In this document: positions 51,101 through 61,200 of the stretch, piece by piece
Position numbering within the stretch: the first letter of the stretch is position 1
Layout: the number at the start of each line of letters is the position of its first letter
Source: Obrimoposthia wandeli
Taxonomy: Eukaryota
NCBI GenBank assembly: GCA_977020255.1
Contig: CDROCS010000253.1
Coordinates: 3,596,001 to 3,660,000, forward strand
Length of the DNA stretch: 64,000 nucleotides
Reading direction: 5' to 3'
Program-made: the position numbers and the translations under genes
The notes under the pieces: generated by a model
What the model saw: only the letters and a program-made list of their open reading frames with translations
What the model was told of the DNA's origin: nothing
Databases searched by the model: none

Positions 51101-51983
51101 CATAGGGCGCGCGCAGTGGCTCAGCGATTGTCGATTGTGCGAGTAAATCAAGATCACTCACTGCCAGCTTCTCTTGCGCTTCTACCGCCACTAGTTGCTG
51201 ATTTGCTACTTTTTGCGTTGCTTCATTGGCGACAAAATTAGCACACCACGTTTTCACTTGTTGAGTTTGCTGTAATTGTTTATTTAACTGCTTTTCTTCC
51301 TGAGTGGTGTGCTCAAGCTGTTGTTCCAGTTCACTAACCTGCTCATCATCAAGCAAGGTGACACCCTGACTTTTAGCTTGTAATAGCTTTAACTCAACAC
51401 TGGCACTGCGGTGATTATCAAAAACTTGTTGAGATATATCACCATAAATTTCAGTGCCGGTAAGCTGCTCTAACAATTGTGCACGTTCATTGGCAGGAGC
51501 ATTTAAAAAGGCAGCAAACTCTCCCTGCGACAGCATCATTGATTTGGTAAAACGTGAAAAGTTAAGCCCGGTTAGTTCGCTAATATCACTGCGCACCGTT
51601 CTAAGCTTGTCTGACACTATAGTGCCATCAAGTTTAGCTAACTCAGCAACCGGCTCTAATAAATTACCATCAAGCTTATTACGGGCGCGTTTTTGGCTCC
51701 AAAATGCTCGGTAACCCTGTCCTTTTACCTCAAATTCAACCTCGCTCATACAATGGCTGGTATGGCGTGTCATTAATTCATTTTGCTTCTTAGAAACATT
51801 TAAACGCGGTGTTTCATGATAAAGCGCTAAACAAATAGCATCGAGTATGGTGGTTTTACCTGCGCCTGTAGGGCCAGTAATGGCAAACAAACCATTGTTA
51901 TCAAAAGGTGCTTCACTAAAATCTATTTTCCAACTGCCTTTGAGTGAATTGATGTTCTCAAAGCGTAAACTTAATATTCTCAT
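48123..51983 (-). CDS. sbcC: SbcC SMC-like ATPase subunit of SbcCD nuclease
   Basis: Walker [10 protein letters not shown], coiled coil with CPLCGS zinc hook, LSGGESF signature, [11 protein letters not shown]. Confidence 0.96.
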   Translation of the reverse strand: MRILSLRFENINSLKGSWKIDFSEAPFDNNGLFAITGPTGAGKTTILDAICLALYHETPRLNVSKKQNELMTRHTSHCMSEVEFEVKGQGYRAFWSQKRARNKLDGNLLEPVAELAKLDGTIVSDKLRTVRSDISELTGLNFSRFTKSMMLSQGEFAAFLNAPANERAQLLEQLTGTEIYGDISQQVFDNHRSASVELKLLQAKSQGVTLLDDEQVSELEQQLEHTTQEEKQLNKQLQQTQQVKTWCANFVANEATQKVANQQLVAVEAQEKLAVSDLDLLAQSTIAEPLRAPYEKMVHYREQYQQTLQQVTKQTEQLAVLDQAVVTSEAALTQLKTSQVEAETQRKVIEQVLHDKIQPLEHTIDHQKATLLETNNNVATQKQALDHNADKLKAAEVEQQKASATVVQQQTYLAKSQSLQQLPEKLPLWQSQYQQLTVQQASVQRLLTDQSNVEQTLVELTSQQQVQQQQITDSEGQLQQLNNQKQVMAEQVQQLVQHSQVAQKILANDTNNNAGCNEKELTAVINQGIVARQNQQLTLKQAMQLAQRFHVLAQEQQTLSLQQINDKQQLVVTEQELTQLRHGYSATKQQKKDVETLLAQQQTIMALSDHRVKLQPEEACPLCGSVEHPAINDYQALDSDEHQQRLSLLNDELAILETQGKQLNNVQAQLTERLAMQQNRRQSIENEQQSIDQNWQSLNVNHYGSKDSGHGQNEQQFSLQKGNAEQALNNQLNEILHQLEELISLQQQLQENSQTQQQNAEQIIHCDKQLSTQQSQLQLVQEQGNAQHNVKIKVVNDLALTQQTMSALNAQLVADIAATKIALPVSESSEQYQNIGIDENWLNVVLEQGQEYQGIVNTHQAAQEQLISLENNLALLKQQVDQQQSQLKQTKTQCSQQESELAINNASRLTLFVELGFDDVSRQDTAILRENISKQRKDNEMSLNIADVQHNEKMSVQQLNKGQLTTANSQLENLLKQNDTVKADWINHFATSTFLDEAHFLLALISPEKAQQLHKLASDINDNKKHAKVLIAQGEKVALELSQQKVILSESGAIDFDGESVATTLINLSESLKQCQQKTGQFSQQISHDKANKIQQQSLLEQIKQAQLALDDLSHLNALIGSADGAKFRRFAQGLTLSNLVHLANAQLERLFGRYQLQCQQSDTLALEVVDTWQGDTARDIKTLSGGESFLISLALALALSDLVSNKTSIDSLFLDEGFGTLDNNTLEVALDALDNLNASGKMIGVISHVDALKERIGVQIKVKKLSGLGISSLDKQYEFHAETVN

Positions 51984-53611
51984 AAATTTTCTTGCTCAAC
52001 TTCTTCAGCTTTACCACTGCTATTTATACCACTAGTGCCACTATCACTGTCACTTGTTCCGTCTTGAAATTCAGCCTTAACTGCTGGCTTAACTACTGTC
52101 TTGGCTGCTTTAGCTTCTGTTGACTTTACTGCGCCAGTATTTTGCTCCGCAGGTACATTAGCTTGTTTCTGCTCAGCGGCTAACTCAACGGAAATCTCGG
52201 TAAACAATTGCTTTAAGCGTGTTTTACGTGCTACTTCTTCATCTGTTTGCCAATCAAGTTGCGATAAACGTGAATCAAATACTTCCGCTAAAGACAACTC
52301 ACTTAAGGTGCTGTTATCTTGTTGTGAAAGTTGTGCTTGTCTCCGTTGTCGCGCCTTTTTACAACGACGTACTAGTAATACCTCAAAAGGCATATCAACG
52401 GCTAATTCACTAACCCGCTGTGATAAGTCGCTCAAATGGTCGCCATTATCAATTTCGATATCAAGCCAGCCTTTAATCTCTGCTGGACCTTTTGTTGAAA
52501 CTTTTATTGAAAATTCGGTGGTATTGCTTGCTGCTGCTTGTTTCGTTTTAAAAAGCTCAAACTCAGCCAACGTTGCTTTCAAACTTGATTCAAGCTCATC
52601 TACCGATGTTTTCACCATATATAAGGGTTGAAAACACGGCACAATAAGATCTTCAACCTGACTCAATTTACCTGAAGTGAACTCTACCATCAGCACACGT
52701 TTATCTTGTTTGGCTTCATCAAAACTTAACGGGATTGGCGAGCCGCAATAGCGTATATGCGCTGATTTAGCCACTTGTTGCGCTCGGTGAATATGACCAA
52801 GGGCAATATAATCGGCTGGCGGAAAGGCACTGGCTGGAAAGGCTTCTAAAGAGCCAATATAAATATCTCTTACCGAATCACTCTTACTATCAGTGACTGA
52901 TACGCCAAGCGCCGTTAAGTGACCTGTGGCAATAATAGGCAGTTGTTCGCCCTGCGCTAGTTGCTGTTCTTTCGCCAAATCCTTTGATATTTTTTTAGAT
53001 GATTTTTTCGATAACTTCTTTGATAAGGTAAGCGCGTGTTGATAAAGGTAGTGATAATGATCACTGATCGCTTGTTGCAAACTTTGTTGCTTATCCTTAG
53101 CTGATTGTCCTGCTCTACTTTTAATAACATCACGGGGACGGACAAAAGGAATCGCGCAAATAATGGCACTTGGCTGTCCTTTAGCATTCATTAGCGGAAA
53201 AACTTGCTGATTTAGCGCAGCGTTTTCACTTTCAAGGGTACTTTCCAATGCATTGTCTAGTTCGTCTTCACTAATCGATGCGGGGATTACTTGGGTGATC
53301 ACACGAGTAGATAAGCTAGCTAGAACAGCTTGGGATTCGGCCAGCATGGCAACCGAGTCATGATTACCTGCCAAAATAACAAGCTGACATTGGCTTACAT
53401 GCAATTTGGCAATAAAATCAAAGTACATTTCACGAGCATAACTTGGCGGTGTTGAGGTATCAAAAATATCACCCGCGACAATAATGGCATCAATGTTATG
53501 TGTGCTAACTTGTGCTAATAACCAGGTAAGAAATTGTTGATGTTCAGTGGCGCGGCTTTTGCCGTAAAAATATTGGCCAAGATGCCAATCTGAGGTATGG
53601 ATAATGCGCAT
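51980..53611 (-). CDS. sbcD: SbcD nuclease subunit with low-complexity insertions
   Basis: [38 protein letters not shown]; 4-bp overlap with sbcC. Confidence 0.96.
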   Translation of the reverse strand: MRIIHTSDWHLGQYFYGKSRATEHQQFLTWLLAQVSTHNIDAIIVAGDIFDTSTPPSYAREMYFDFIAKLHVSQCQLVILAGNHDSVAMLAESQAVLASLSTRVITQVIPASISEDELDNALESTLESENAALNQQVFPLMNAKGQPSAIICAIPFVRPRDVIKSRAGQSAKDKQQSLQQAISDHYHYLYQHALTLSKKLSKKSSKKISKDLAKEQQLAQGEQLPIIATGHLTALGVSVTDSKSDSVRDIYIGSLEAFPASAFPPADYIALGHIHRAQQVAKSAHIRYCGSPIPLSFDEAKQDKRVLMVEFTSGKLSQVEDLIVPCFQPLYMVKTSVDELESSLKATLAEFELFKTKQAAASNTTEFSIKVSTKGPAEIKGWLDIEIDNGDHLSDLSQRVSELAVDMPFEVLLVRRCKKARQRRQAQLSQQDNSTLSELSLAEVFDSRLSQLDWQTDEEVARKTRLKQLFTEISVELAAEQKQANVPAEQNTGAVKSTEAKAAKTVVKPAVKAEFQDGTSDSDSGTSGINSSGKAEEVEQENL

Positions 53612-53940
53612 AAAAACGTTAAGAAACTGTGCAATGGAGAATTGTCCATAGTTTACCTGAACGGATAAACTAAGTGTAGTAACTCAGATTTTATCTAGGG
53701 ATACTATAGGCTGTTGGACACCAAAGCTGCACTAACTGCTTACTGCCAACACCATAAGCTACAACGGCGACAAAATTTAACTTACTCAGGCATCCTAAAA
53801 CTTGCCTCTGAAATATCATCGACATATAACTATAATTTTTGATTATTGAAATGATAGTTATTATATATTTTAATTATTGATATAATATTGCTATTGTTTT
53901 ATCAATTCCTCTAATAGTTCTCGTTATTAAACGCCACCTC

Positions 53941-55185
53941 TTGAGTGTTATCACCATGATTGAAATAAAAACAGCTGCTTATCGTCGTGCAAGCTTTGCG
54001 TTAGCGTTAGGATCTTTCCTCGTCTTTTGTAACTTGTACATGTTCCAACCTATGTTGCCCTTGATGGCTGAGAAATTTAACGCCAGTGCCATTGAAATAA
54101 ACTGGTTACTGGCGGCAAGTACCTTAACCTTAGCGCTTACACTGGTGCCATGGGCTATCGGTTCAGAAATTATTGGCCGTCGTAAAGTGATGATGCTAAG
54201 TCTTTTTTTATTGCCCTTTGCTGGTATGGCAATGTTGCTGACAGATTCATTACTGATGCTAACATTCGCCCGCGGGCTAATGGGTATATCTCTGGCAGGA
54301 TTTGCAGCCATTGCTGTGGCATACATGGCTGAAGAATTTACCCCGAAAGCCTTGATGCTTGCCATCGGGGGCTATATTAGTGCCAATTCATTAGGGGGGA
54401 TTACTGGGCGTTTATATGGCGGTTTTGTCACTGAGTATTGGGGTTGGGAAGCGGCCGTTATTGGTATGGCTATTGCCAGCTTATTAGGCGCGCTATTAGT
54501 TAACCGACTATTACCCGAACAGCAACATTTCATGCCAAAAAAAGGGCAATTCCGCAGTCATAATCGCAATGTCATGGGTCACTTAAAGCAACCTAAATTA
54601 TGGTTAGCAATGATTATTGGCGGGCTAAATTTTGCGTTATTCGTTAACCTTTATACGGTAATGGGATTTCGTCTTGTCGCGCCACCCTATTCACTGTCTA
54701 TCAGCTTAACGTCAATGATTTTTTTATGTTATCTCAGTGGTACCATTACCGCAAAACTAAGTGGTCGATGGAGCCAATTTTTCAGCCCGATAAAGGGCAT
54801 GGTATTAGGGACAACGGTGAGTGCAATAGGCATGTGGGTCGCTGGTTATGATTCATTATACGCCATGATTATTGGTCTATTGCTTATAAGTTCTGGCGCT
54901 TTTTTCACCCACTCACTTGCCTATGCCTGGGTAAGTCAAAAAGCGGAGACAGCGAAAGCAACAGCAACAGCGTTATACCTAGTGCATTATTATGTTGGTG
55001 GTAGTTTAGGTGGCTTTTACTTAATTGCCTGTTGGCAATATGCTGCATGGCATGGGGTGCTGATTGGTGGAATGGTGCTTTATGGCTTGATTTATTTGTT
55101 GTGTTGGCTATTACAGCGCTGTACCGTGTCTCAACGCAAAGAAGATGATATAGGCGCGTTAAAAGAAACACACCCTGTCATTTAA
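53941..55185 (+). CDS. MFS transporter, YnfM-like
   Basis: 12 TM segments; LYMFQPMLP, GYISANSLGGITGR, ATALYLVHYYVGGSLGG. Confidence 0.88.
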   Translation: MSVITMIEIKTAAYRRASFALALGSFLVFCNLYMFQPMLPLMAEKFNASAIEINWLLAASTLTLALTLVPWAIGSEIIGRRKVMMLSLFLLPFAGMAMLLTDSLLMLTFARGLMGISLAGFAAIAVAYMAEEFTPKALMLAIGGYISANSLGGITGRLYGGFVTEYWGWEAAVIGMAIASLLGALLVNRLLPEQQHFMPKKGQFRSHNRNVMGHLKQPKLWLAMIIGGLNFALFVNLYTVMGFRLVAPPYSLSISLTSMIFLCYLSGTITAKLSGRWSQFFSPIKGMVLGTTVSAIGMWVAGYDSLYAMIIGLLLISSGAFFTHSLAYAWVSQKAETAKATATALYLVHYYVGGSLGGFYLIACWQYAAWHGVLIGGMVLYGLIYLLCWLLQRCTVSQRKEDDIGALKETHPVI

Positions 55186-55228
55186 CTATGATTATATTTT
55201 TCAGTACACTTTATCGCACTGCACTTGA

Positions 55229-55795
55229 TTAACGTATTTCTATGTCGGGTAACCAACGTTGTACGCGTTCTATCTCATCTCGTAATTCTTCAGAGTAAAA
55301 AGGCGTATCTAAATCTTCAGGGGGTGCTGCAAGCAAGTTAAGATCTATTGCTTGTGCTTCACCTAAAATAACACCCTCTTTAATCATCAAAGCATAATAA
55401 ACCCCATTCCAGAAGTTAGCACCAAACTCTCTATTTTTCTTAAACATAAAGAGCAAATCATGCTCTAACCAGCGTAGATCATTAGTTGTTATGGTATGCG
55501 GTTGTTTGTAGGGGTAACTGATATGACACCAAAGCTCAGGCCCTTCTAAGCATTTCATCTCTTTCATCGATAAAAAATAATCTTTAAAGCGGCTATGATC
55601 AATATGTAATTTATAGTGAATATTGTCAGATGAAGGTAAAAATTCAATACTGCCAATAGGGAAACGCTGACCTTCTTTAGTGAGTAAGTTTATTGTTTTT
55701 GTGCCACTTAATACCGAAGCACTATAGCTAACGGATGACACTAAAGTGGCGAGTAGCAATGCACCAGTGAGAAAAAATTTTATGACTGTAGACAT
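55229..55795 (-). CDS. Hypothetical secreted protein
   Basis: Signal peptide; CLEGPELWC disulfide-like motif; no family recognised. Confidence 0.8.
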   Translation of the reverse strand: MSTVIKFFLTGALLLATLVSSVSYSASVLSGTKTINLLTKEGQRFPIGSIEFLPSSDNIHYKLHIDHSRFKDYFLSMKEMKCLEGPELWCHISYPYKQPHTITTNDLRWLEHDLLFMFKKNREFGANFWNGVYYALMIKEGVILGEAQAIDLNLLAAPPEDLDTPFYSEELRDEIERVQRWLPDIEIR

Positions 55796-55840
55796 CTTAA
55801 TACTCCAGTTATAGGCTTGACTATGAATCGCTTAGACTTC

Positions 55841-55873
55841 CTGAAACGAGCATTTTCAAGTGGATCGGGTATA
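55841..55873. repeat. Isolated right end of the 45961-46275 MITE family
   Basis: CTGAAACGAGCATTTTCAAGTGGATCGGGTATA versus CTGAAACATGCATCTTGATTGGCAACGGGTATA. Confidence 0.5.
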
Positions 55874-55989
55874 AGCTTACCTTCTGATGAATTTAAGTCC
55901 ATGCCACTTAAGTAGGATTTTTTTGATGACAATAAGTAGTACTATCTCGTTATGCTTTTTATCACATCGCTTTGCTTTTTCTTGTTGAC

Positions 55990-56310
55990 TTAGAAAAACA
56001 CCTTCAACAAGGCAAAAACACTCATACCAAAGATGACAACCGCCAGCGTATTTTTTACCTGTAGACTAAATATCACTGTCGCTACACCTGCTATTAAAAA
56101 AGGGCTGGTAATAAAATCACTACCGCTCTCCTGATGGCCAAGAAATACAATAGGTACCCACATCGCTGTCATAACAGAAGGTGCAGTATAGCTGAGTAAC
56201 CTGGATACTTTTGGCCCAAGTTTAAAAGGGACGGTTGTTGAGAAAAAGAAGTATCGACATGAAAAGGTGATACATGTCATGCCTAATAAAGCTAACCAAA
56301 AATCATTCAT
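55990..56310 (-). CDS. azlD: AzlD-family protein
   Basis: Small hydrophobic protein overlapping azlC by 8 bp; LSYTAPSVMTAM. Confidence 0.85.
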   Translation of the reverse strand: MNDFWLALLGMTCITFSCRYFFFSTTVPFKLGPKVSRLLSYTAPSVMTAMWVPIVFLGHQESGSDFITSPFLIAGVATVIFSLQVKNTLAVVIFGMSVFALLKVFF

Positions 56311-57040
56311 TAATGCTCTCCTTGTCTTTTGTTAAGTAACCACAAATCATACCAATGAAGGTTGCTGCGATTAGCGCATATTCTTTCATAAAGACTGAAA
56401 GGATAATGGCACTTAAACCGCTAGTAACAACAGATACCATGGTAGATTTATTTTTAATAAGCGGAATGACTATCGCGATGAATGTTGCCGCAATAGCAAA
56501 CTCAAGTCCTAAATGTTCTAGGTTTGGGATATGCTGACCTGCAACGATTCCTGCAAAAGTTGAAATGTTCCAAATAACATAAAAGGTAATACCAGAACTG
56601 AGTGCGTAAACAGGACTAAATCTTTTGTTTTTCACTATATAAGCACAAGTTACTGCAAACATTTCATCGGTGAGAAAAAAGGCAATACTGCAACGAAGTC
56701 CGAAAGAACTTTTTCTCACGTGCTCTCGAAATACAGCTGAATAAAGTAAATGTCGAGAACTAATAACAAAGGTTGATGAAAACATTGAAGATAAAGAGCC
56801 AACAGCCCCCATAAGAGTAAGTGCTGCTAATTGCGCCGCTCCGGCAAAAATTAACAATGACATTAATTGCGCTTGTAAAGGTGTCAGACCTACATTAATT
56901 GCTAAAGAGCCACAAAGCACTCCCCATGGTACTACAGCGAGTGAAAGCGGGAATATAGCAACGATTGCTTGCTTCATTGTTTGAAAATCGCTTGAGACAG
57001 ACTCTCCAGCGATAACGGTTTTACTTGGCATTAATAACAC
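56303..57040 (-). CDS. azlC: AzlC-family branched-chain amino acid exporter
   Basis: IFAGAAQ, RHLLYS, FFLTDEMFA, GLEFAIAATF. Confidence 0.9.
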   Translation of the reverse strand: MLLMPSKTVIAGESVSSDFQTMKQAIVAIFPLSLAVVPWGVLCGSLAINVGLTPLQAQLMSLLIFAGAAQLAALTLMGAVGSLSSMFSSTFVISSRHLLYSAVFREHVRKSSFGLRCSIAFFLTDEMFAVTCAYIVKNKRFSPVYALSSGITFYVIWNISTFAGIVAGQHIPNLEHLGLEFAIAATFIAIVIPLIKNKSTMVSVVTSGLSAIILSVFMKEYALIAATFIGMICGYLTKDKESINE

Positions 57041-57076
57041 TCCTTCTAGATTTTGAAAGAGTTTACAGGGTAAACG

Positions 57077-57931
57077 TCAGCAATTCTTGTACAAAACTGC
57101 TTGTTTTTGAAACTTACTTGGCGAAGTGCCCAGTGTTTTTTTAAAGTGCCTATTGAAATGACTTTGATCATGAAAGCCACAATCGCTCGCAACCATAACG
57201 GGTTTCACTCCCGCTTTGAGTAACGTTTTAGCTTTTTTTAATCTGGCCTGTATCTGATAGCTATGTGGCGCAAGGTCGAACATTTTTTTAAATTGTCGAA
57301 TAAAGTGATACTGGCTTAAGCCAGCGATTATCGCCAACTTTTTCAACGATATATCTTCAGCGGGATAAAAATCTAAATAGTCTTTTACCCTAATAAGCTT
57401 TGCTTTACTGCCTGAAATATCTTTTGGCACATTGCGAAGTGAAGAATGCCTTAATGTTAACCTTAACATTAAGGCATACAGAATAGTTTCTGTGAGTAAT
57501 TTTGAGGCCTTGTTATCGACTTGATTAAATAGCAGCCTTAACTGTTCTGTTAAGATAGGATCGTTAATAACTGACGAGCTGAAGTATGGTGCAAATTTCC
57601 CACCATCATAAAGATCAATGCTGATATTTTCAAAATGTTCCGGCAAAGGATACATTGCTCGATATTGCCACCCACCCGGTGAAGCAGACTCTCCCGTGTG
57701 TACATCGTCGGCATTTACCAAAATAATAGAATTAGTATCCGCAGTATGAATTTCACCACTACGATAAAAGCGTTGCGCACCTTTTTCAATTACACCTATG
57801 GTGTAACCTTCATGAACGTGTTTAGAGAACGCTTGCCCCTTATAATCGGCGCGCACCATTTCAACGCCACCATAGGCATTGGCAAGAGTAAAGTCGGCTT
57901 TTTCCTGTGTTTTATTATCCATAGTTAGCAA
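57077..57931 (-). CDS. AraC-family regulator of azlCD
   Basis: FSKHVHEGY cupin; C-terminal HTH CGFHDQSHFNRHFKK. Confidence 0.93.
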   Translation of the reverse strand: MLTMDNKTQEKADFTLANAYGGVEMVRADYKGQAFSKHVHEGYTIGVIEKGAQRFYRSGEIHTADTNSIILVNADDVHTGESASPGGWQYRAMYPLPEHFENISIDLYDGGKFAPYFSSSVINDPILTEQLRLLFNQVDNKASKLLTETILYALMLRLTLRHSSLRNVPKDISGSKAKLIRVKDYLDFYPAEDISLKKLAIIAGLSQYHFIRQFKKMFDLAPHSYQIQARLKKAKTLLKAGVKPVMVASDCGFHDQSHFNRHFKKTLGTSPSKFQKQAVLYKNC

Positions 57932-58053
57932 TTAAGTTTCATTCTTAAAAAGTAGTACAATATTGCTGTTATTTATCACAGCTATTTGCAGCTTTTATCA
58001 AGCTTAATTATCCCCGCTTATTTGCGCACCTGAGTTCTAATCTGAATTGTGAA

Positions 58054-58371
58054 CTAATGGATTGTCGGTTTTTGCCTATCCCACATGCTTCCTTGCCAGT
58101 TAGAGATGGTTCCAGACGCTTCACAGGTGTCGCAATGCCACTCAATTATGTTGTTTGTAATACATCTTGCTTCAATGTCCCCTTCACAAGACAGCTCATT
58201 CGCTCGGGTATTACATCTCAAGTCAATCTCAATGAGTCGCTGTTCGATTTTGTCAGAAACCGATAACACAATCGTAGTCAGAAATTTGAACACCGCTTTG
58301 GCTTGTTCAGTAAGCGCCAATACGTTGCCCTTCTCGTCAAGAAAATGTCTTAAATCTACTTTTAACGCCAT
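58054..58371 (-). CDS. Hypothetical 105-aa Cys-rich protein
   Basis: ORF with RC...SCEG...EWHCDTC..G.ISNWQGSMWD. Confidence 0.75.
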   Translation of the reverse strand: MALKVDLRHFLDEKGNVLALTEQAKAVFKFLTTIVLSVSDKIEQRLIEIDLRCNTRANELSCEGDIEARCITNNIIEWHCDTCEASGTISNWQGSMWDRQKPTIH

Positions 58372-58394
58372 ATATTTTCCGTTTAATGTGCTTG

Positions 58395-58598
58395 TTAACC
58401 ATTTTCACAGCATACCAAACTTTTAATAAAGTCCTGATATGCTCTAATATCTTTATCTTTTTTCATTGTTTCAGCGTGTTCTGCTTTTGGAGTAATTGCT
58501 AATACCTTCATTTGACTTGTTGATATACCGTAAAGCTCTTTTGAGCTTTTCACTGGTGTTGTTGAATCATCAGCGCCAATTAAGAAAAGTAATGGTTT
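58395..58598 (-). pseudogene. C-terminal remnant of an alpha/beta-hydrolase-like cassette gene
   Basis: Manual translation KPLLFLIGADDSTTP...PKAEHAETM...CCENG*; no in-frame start. The stop lies in GGTTAAC, followed by an attC-like left arm AAGCACATTAAACGG. Confidence 0.5.
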
Positions 58599-58648
58599 TC
58601 ATATTGAGTAACACCCCTTGTTAGGTGCACGATTCTAAATGGTATAGG

Positions 58649-58855
58649 TCAAGTTAGCCATTTAAACGACTTATTTAAAAATTGTTGAGCATCATGTTCA
58701 ACGATTAATCCGTGAGCCATAACGATGATATTTGGTTGCCAAGCGAAGATCTCTTCTAAATTTTTTCTCGCACGAGACTTACCAAAAACGAAACTAAGAC
58801 GCCAATCGATAGGAATTTTACCATTAGGTGCTAATACCCTGCACCTTTGGCACAT
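58649..58855 (-). pseudogene. C-terminal fragment of a DUF4336-family protein
   Basis: LAPNGKIPIDWRLSF...AWQPNIIVMAHG...SFKWL resembles the DUF4336 C-terminus; N-terminal part missing. Confidence 0.65.
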
Positions 58856-58933
58856 AATCGTTGCCAGTAAATAAATAGATAGTAATTATTGAGACAATTT
58901 TTTCATGATAAATACTCTAAAAAACCAATGCTC

Positions 58934-59020
58934 AAATAACAGGCTAAGTAAACGTTGGCTAAAATGTTAAGGAACAAAAACAGCCAACTGTATTTTGTCC
59001 TACTTTAATAGTTTGTATGT
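58934..59020 (-). repeat. Degenerate attC site
   Basis: Shares GTTGGCTAAAATGTT.AGGAAC.AAAA...AACTG..TT..GTCCTA.TTTA with 62976-63076; directly downstream of the 59035 gene. Confidence 0.65.
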
Positions 59021-59034
59021 TTTACTACAACGTA

Positions 59035-59238
59035 CTAGTTAACAACAGCTTTACGTTCCTTTTCATATTCTTCGTAAGATTTACTTTTAACCTTTGTGCA
59101 CTCTGTATACTGTTGCTCTGTTTTAGCCTTATTAATACACTCACTTTTTTGGTAGTCTTGTCCTACTTGGTATAAATCTTTGCTACTACAAGCTGTTAGG
59201 GTGATTAAAAATAAAAGGGAAACAACTAAATTACTCAT
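59035..59238 (-). CDS. Small lipoprotein (cassette-like)
   Basis: Lipobox LTAC, two further Cys, followed by an attC-like site. Confidence 0.8.
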   Translation of the reverse strand: MSNLVVSLLFLITLTACSSKDLYQVGQDYQKSECINKAKTEQQYTECTKVKSKSYEEYEKERKAVVN

Positions 59239-59566
59239 AAAATAACCTCAAAAAAATCTGATATTAAAATTCATTAATCATAGAGTGATTGATTACTCAT
59301 AAAGTTCAACAACAGATGAATATTGATCGTAATGACGCTTTATTATATGTTCCATGATTAACCACTTTGGTAACAATTAAATAAATAACTATCCGCCAAA
59401 GTGGCACTTAAACTGCTTGTATGGATAATAAATTACATAAACTCATTGAAAGTTGTTACGAATGAAAAATGGCATAATCCAGAGCGATGTAGATAGCAAT
59501 GATGTAGGGATCCATTATAATGCCATAGCAGCTATACACACGTATTTAAGAGATATTAAAAAGACC

Positions 59567-60328
59567 ATGGATATCAATGGAAAATGTATCTTATCTACAG
59601 CAGATGAGCACGGCCCGATTTATGTTTACCAAACAAGGACCAGCCGAATTCTCAGCTTTGATGGGCAAAGATATCAAAGCTCAATGAAACTCAACAACAT
59701 TAATGGATTACATCTCGTCTACACCCAGGCCATGATGGCGGGTTTATTTTTTATCCCCACAGTAAAAACAGCCACCGTCATGGGGCTAGGTGCCGGCTCT
59801 ATGGCAAAGAAACTGCTCAGTAGTTTCTCCGAATTAAACGTACACGCGATTGAGTACCGTGAAGCAGTGGTAAAGACCGCAACAGAATATTTTTACTTGC
59901 CCGACACTGAACGCCTATTTATCTATATAGACGATGCTGTGAACTACATAAAAAATACCGTTATTAAAAGCGATATTATCTTTTCAGATCTATACAAATC
60001 ACAAGGTATGGAACCAAAACAAGTACAACTATCCTACTTGCGTGATTGTAAAAATTCACTCAAAAAACAAGGTGTCCTCGTACTCAATATCTGCCATACG
60101 ACTCTTAAATTACGAGAAGAGTTAAATGAATTACTCGCGCTAGAATTTGAAAACCAACTACTCAGTTTCGAAGTAGACAGTGGAAACACGATCGTACTCG
60201 CATTCAAAAACGACATCCCTTCGATAAACGAAGAAGAGCTACTTGCTAGAAGTAAATGCTTGCAAGAGAAGATGAACATTCCGATGGAACGTTATGCCAA
60301 ATTACTATGCGATACACAAAACTTATGA
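59567..60328 (+). CDS. Spermidine-synthase-like SAM methyltransferase (frame open from 59453; family-like sequence starts at ATG 59567)
   Basis: HLVYTQAMM, MGLGAGSMA, AIEYREAVV, DIIFSDLY. Confidence 0.85.
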   Translation: MDINGKCILSTADEHGPIYVYQTRTSRILSFDGQRYQSSMKLNNINGLHLVYTQAMMAGLFFIPTVKTATVMGLGAGSMAKKLLSSFSELNVHAIEYREAVVKTATEYFYLPDTERLFIYIDDAVNYIKNTVIKSDIIFSDLYKSQGMEPKQVQLSYLRDCKNSLKKQGVLVLNICHTTLKLREELNELLALEFENQLLSFEVDSGNTIVLAFKNDIPSINEEELLARSKCLQEKMNIPMERYAKLLCDTQNL

Positions 60329-60797
60329 GAATTTTTGATAGCTTTCCTAGTGCAGGACCGCAATTGGCACCACCATTATTATATGCATTACCTATCAACC
60401 TCCCCATAAGCCTTGCTGAAGTTGGGTTGTGACTTTTTATATAATAGAGCTGAAGCACATCAACATATAGGTGTGTATCACTGTCTGATTTATTATTAAC
60501 CAGCACAAAACCTCTTTCTTCGAAGCTAGCTTTTAAGAAAGATCTAACAATTACTTCCAATTTATCGTTTGATAAGACTTCATATTCATTACCCAATGAA
60601 GAAAGACCGATTCCTAACGTAATATAATTCCGCTTATCCCTTACTTCTAAATATAAAGAGGTAGCATCGACAAGGTGGATAGGCTTAATTTTCAATTTAG
60701 GAGATAACTTTATAAGTTTTGGAGAAGACGAACAGGCACTTAAAGTTAATAAAAAGATAACAAAACTATAAGTAAATAGTCTTTTCATGACACTCAT
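60246..60797 (-). CDS. Lipoprotein, weakly YajG-like; 3' end probably altered
   Basis: Lipobox LSAC, LEVRDKR motif; overlaps the convergent gene by 83 bp; core site GTTAGCC just upstream of the RBS. Confidence 0.6.
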   Translation of the reverse strand: MSVMKRLFTYSFVIFLLTLSACSSSPKLIKLSPKLKIKPIHLVDATSLYLEVRDKRNYITLGIGLSSLGNEYEVLSNDKLEVIVRSFLKASFEERGFVLVNNKSDSDTHLYVDVLQLYYIKSHNPTSARLMGRLIGNAYNNGGANCGPALGKLSKILISFVYRIVIWHNVPSECSSSLASIYF

Positions 60798-60821
60798 CCA
60801 AAACTTTCCTATAAGGCTAAC

Positions 60822-61200
60822 GAGCTTGTAGAATTACTCGTTTTTTATTGTTATTACTAATCTGAGAAACATTAACTGACTTTGCGTAGTGATTCAAATG
60901 AAAGCTTTGTTTTTATTAAATATTATTTTGATCGCGATATTTTTGGAATTAGTGCTTTTTGAGGGGATTACTAACGAAATTTCAGCAATAACGGGAGGAG
61001 TCTCCGTTACCTTGCTGCTATTGCAGGCTATTTCTTAACTTCTCTATATTATGAACTAAGCAATACATCTGCCACTGGATATACACTTTTTCTTGTCCGC
61101 GCAAAGTGAATTTATTCATACCTTTATTGACGGTGATGTTGCCAAATACGGGTCAATCATGCCTAATCGTTATTTACACTATAAAGCAGACGTCGGGCTT
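60822..61200 (-). mobile_element. IS1182-family remnant: transposase C-terminus plus probable right terminal inverted repeat
   Basis: 61152-61018 translates PVFGNITVNKGMNKFTLRGQEKVYIQWQMYCLVHNIEKLRNSLQ*, preceded out of frame by RLGMI. End motif GAGCTTGTAGAATTACTC at 60822. Confidence 0.72.

Noticed and set aside
48193-53187. Several alternative-frame ORFs over sbcC/sbcD
   Set aside because: Antisense or off-frame shadows of long coiled-coil coding sequence.
58005-58050. CCCCGCTTATTTGCGC resembling an attC right arm
   Set aside because: No GTT core or partner arm; wrong orientation.
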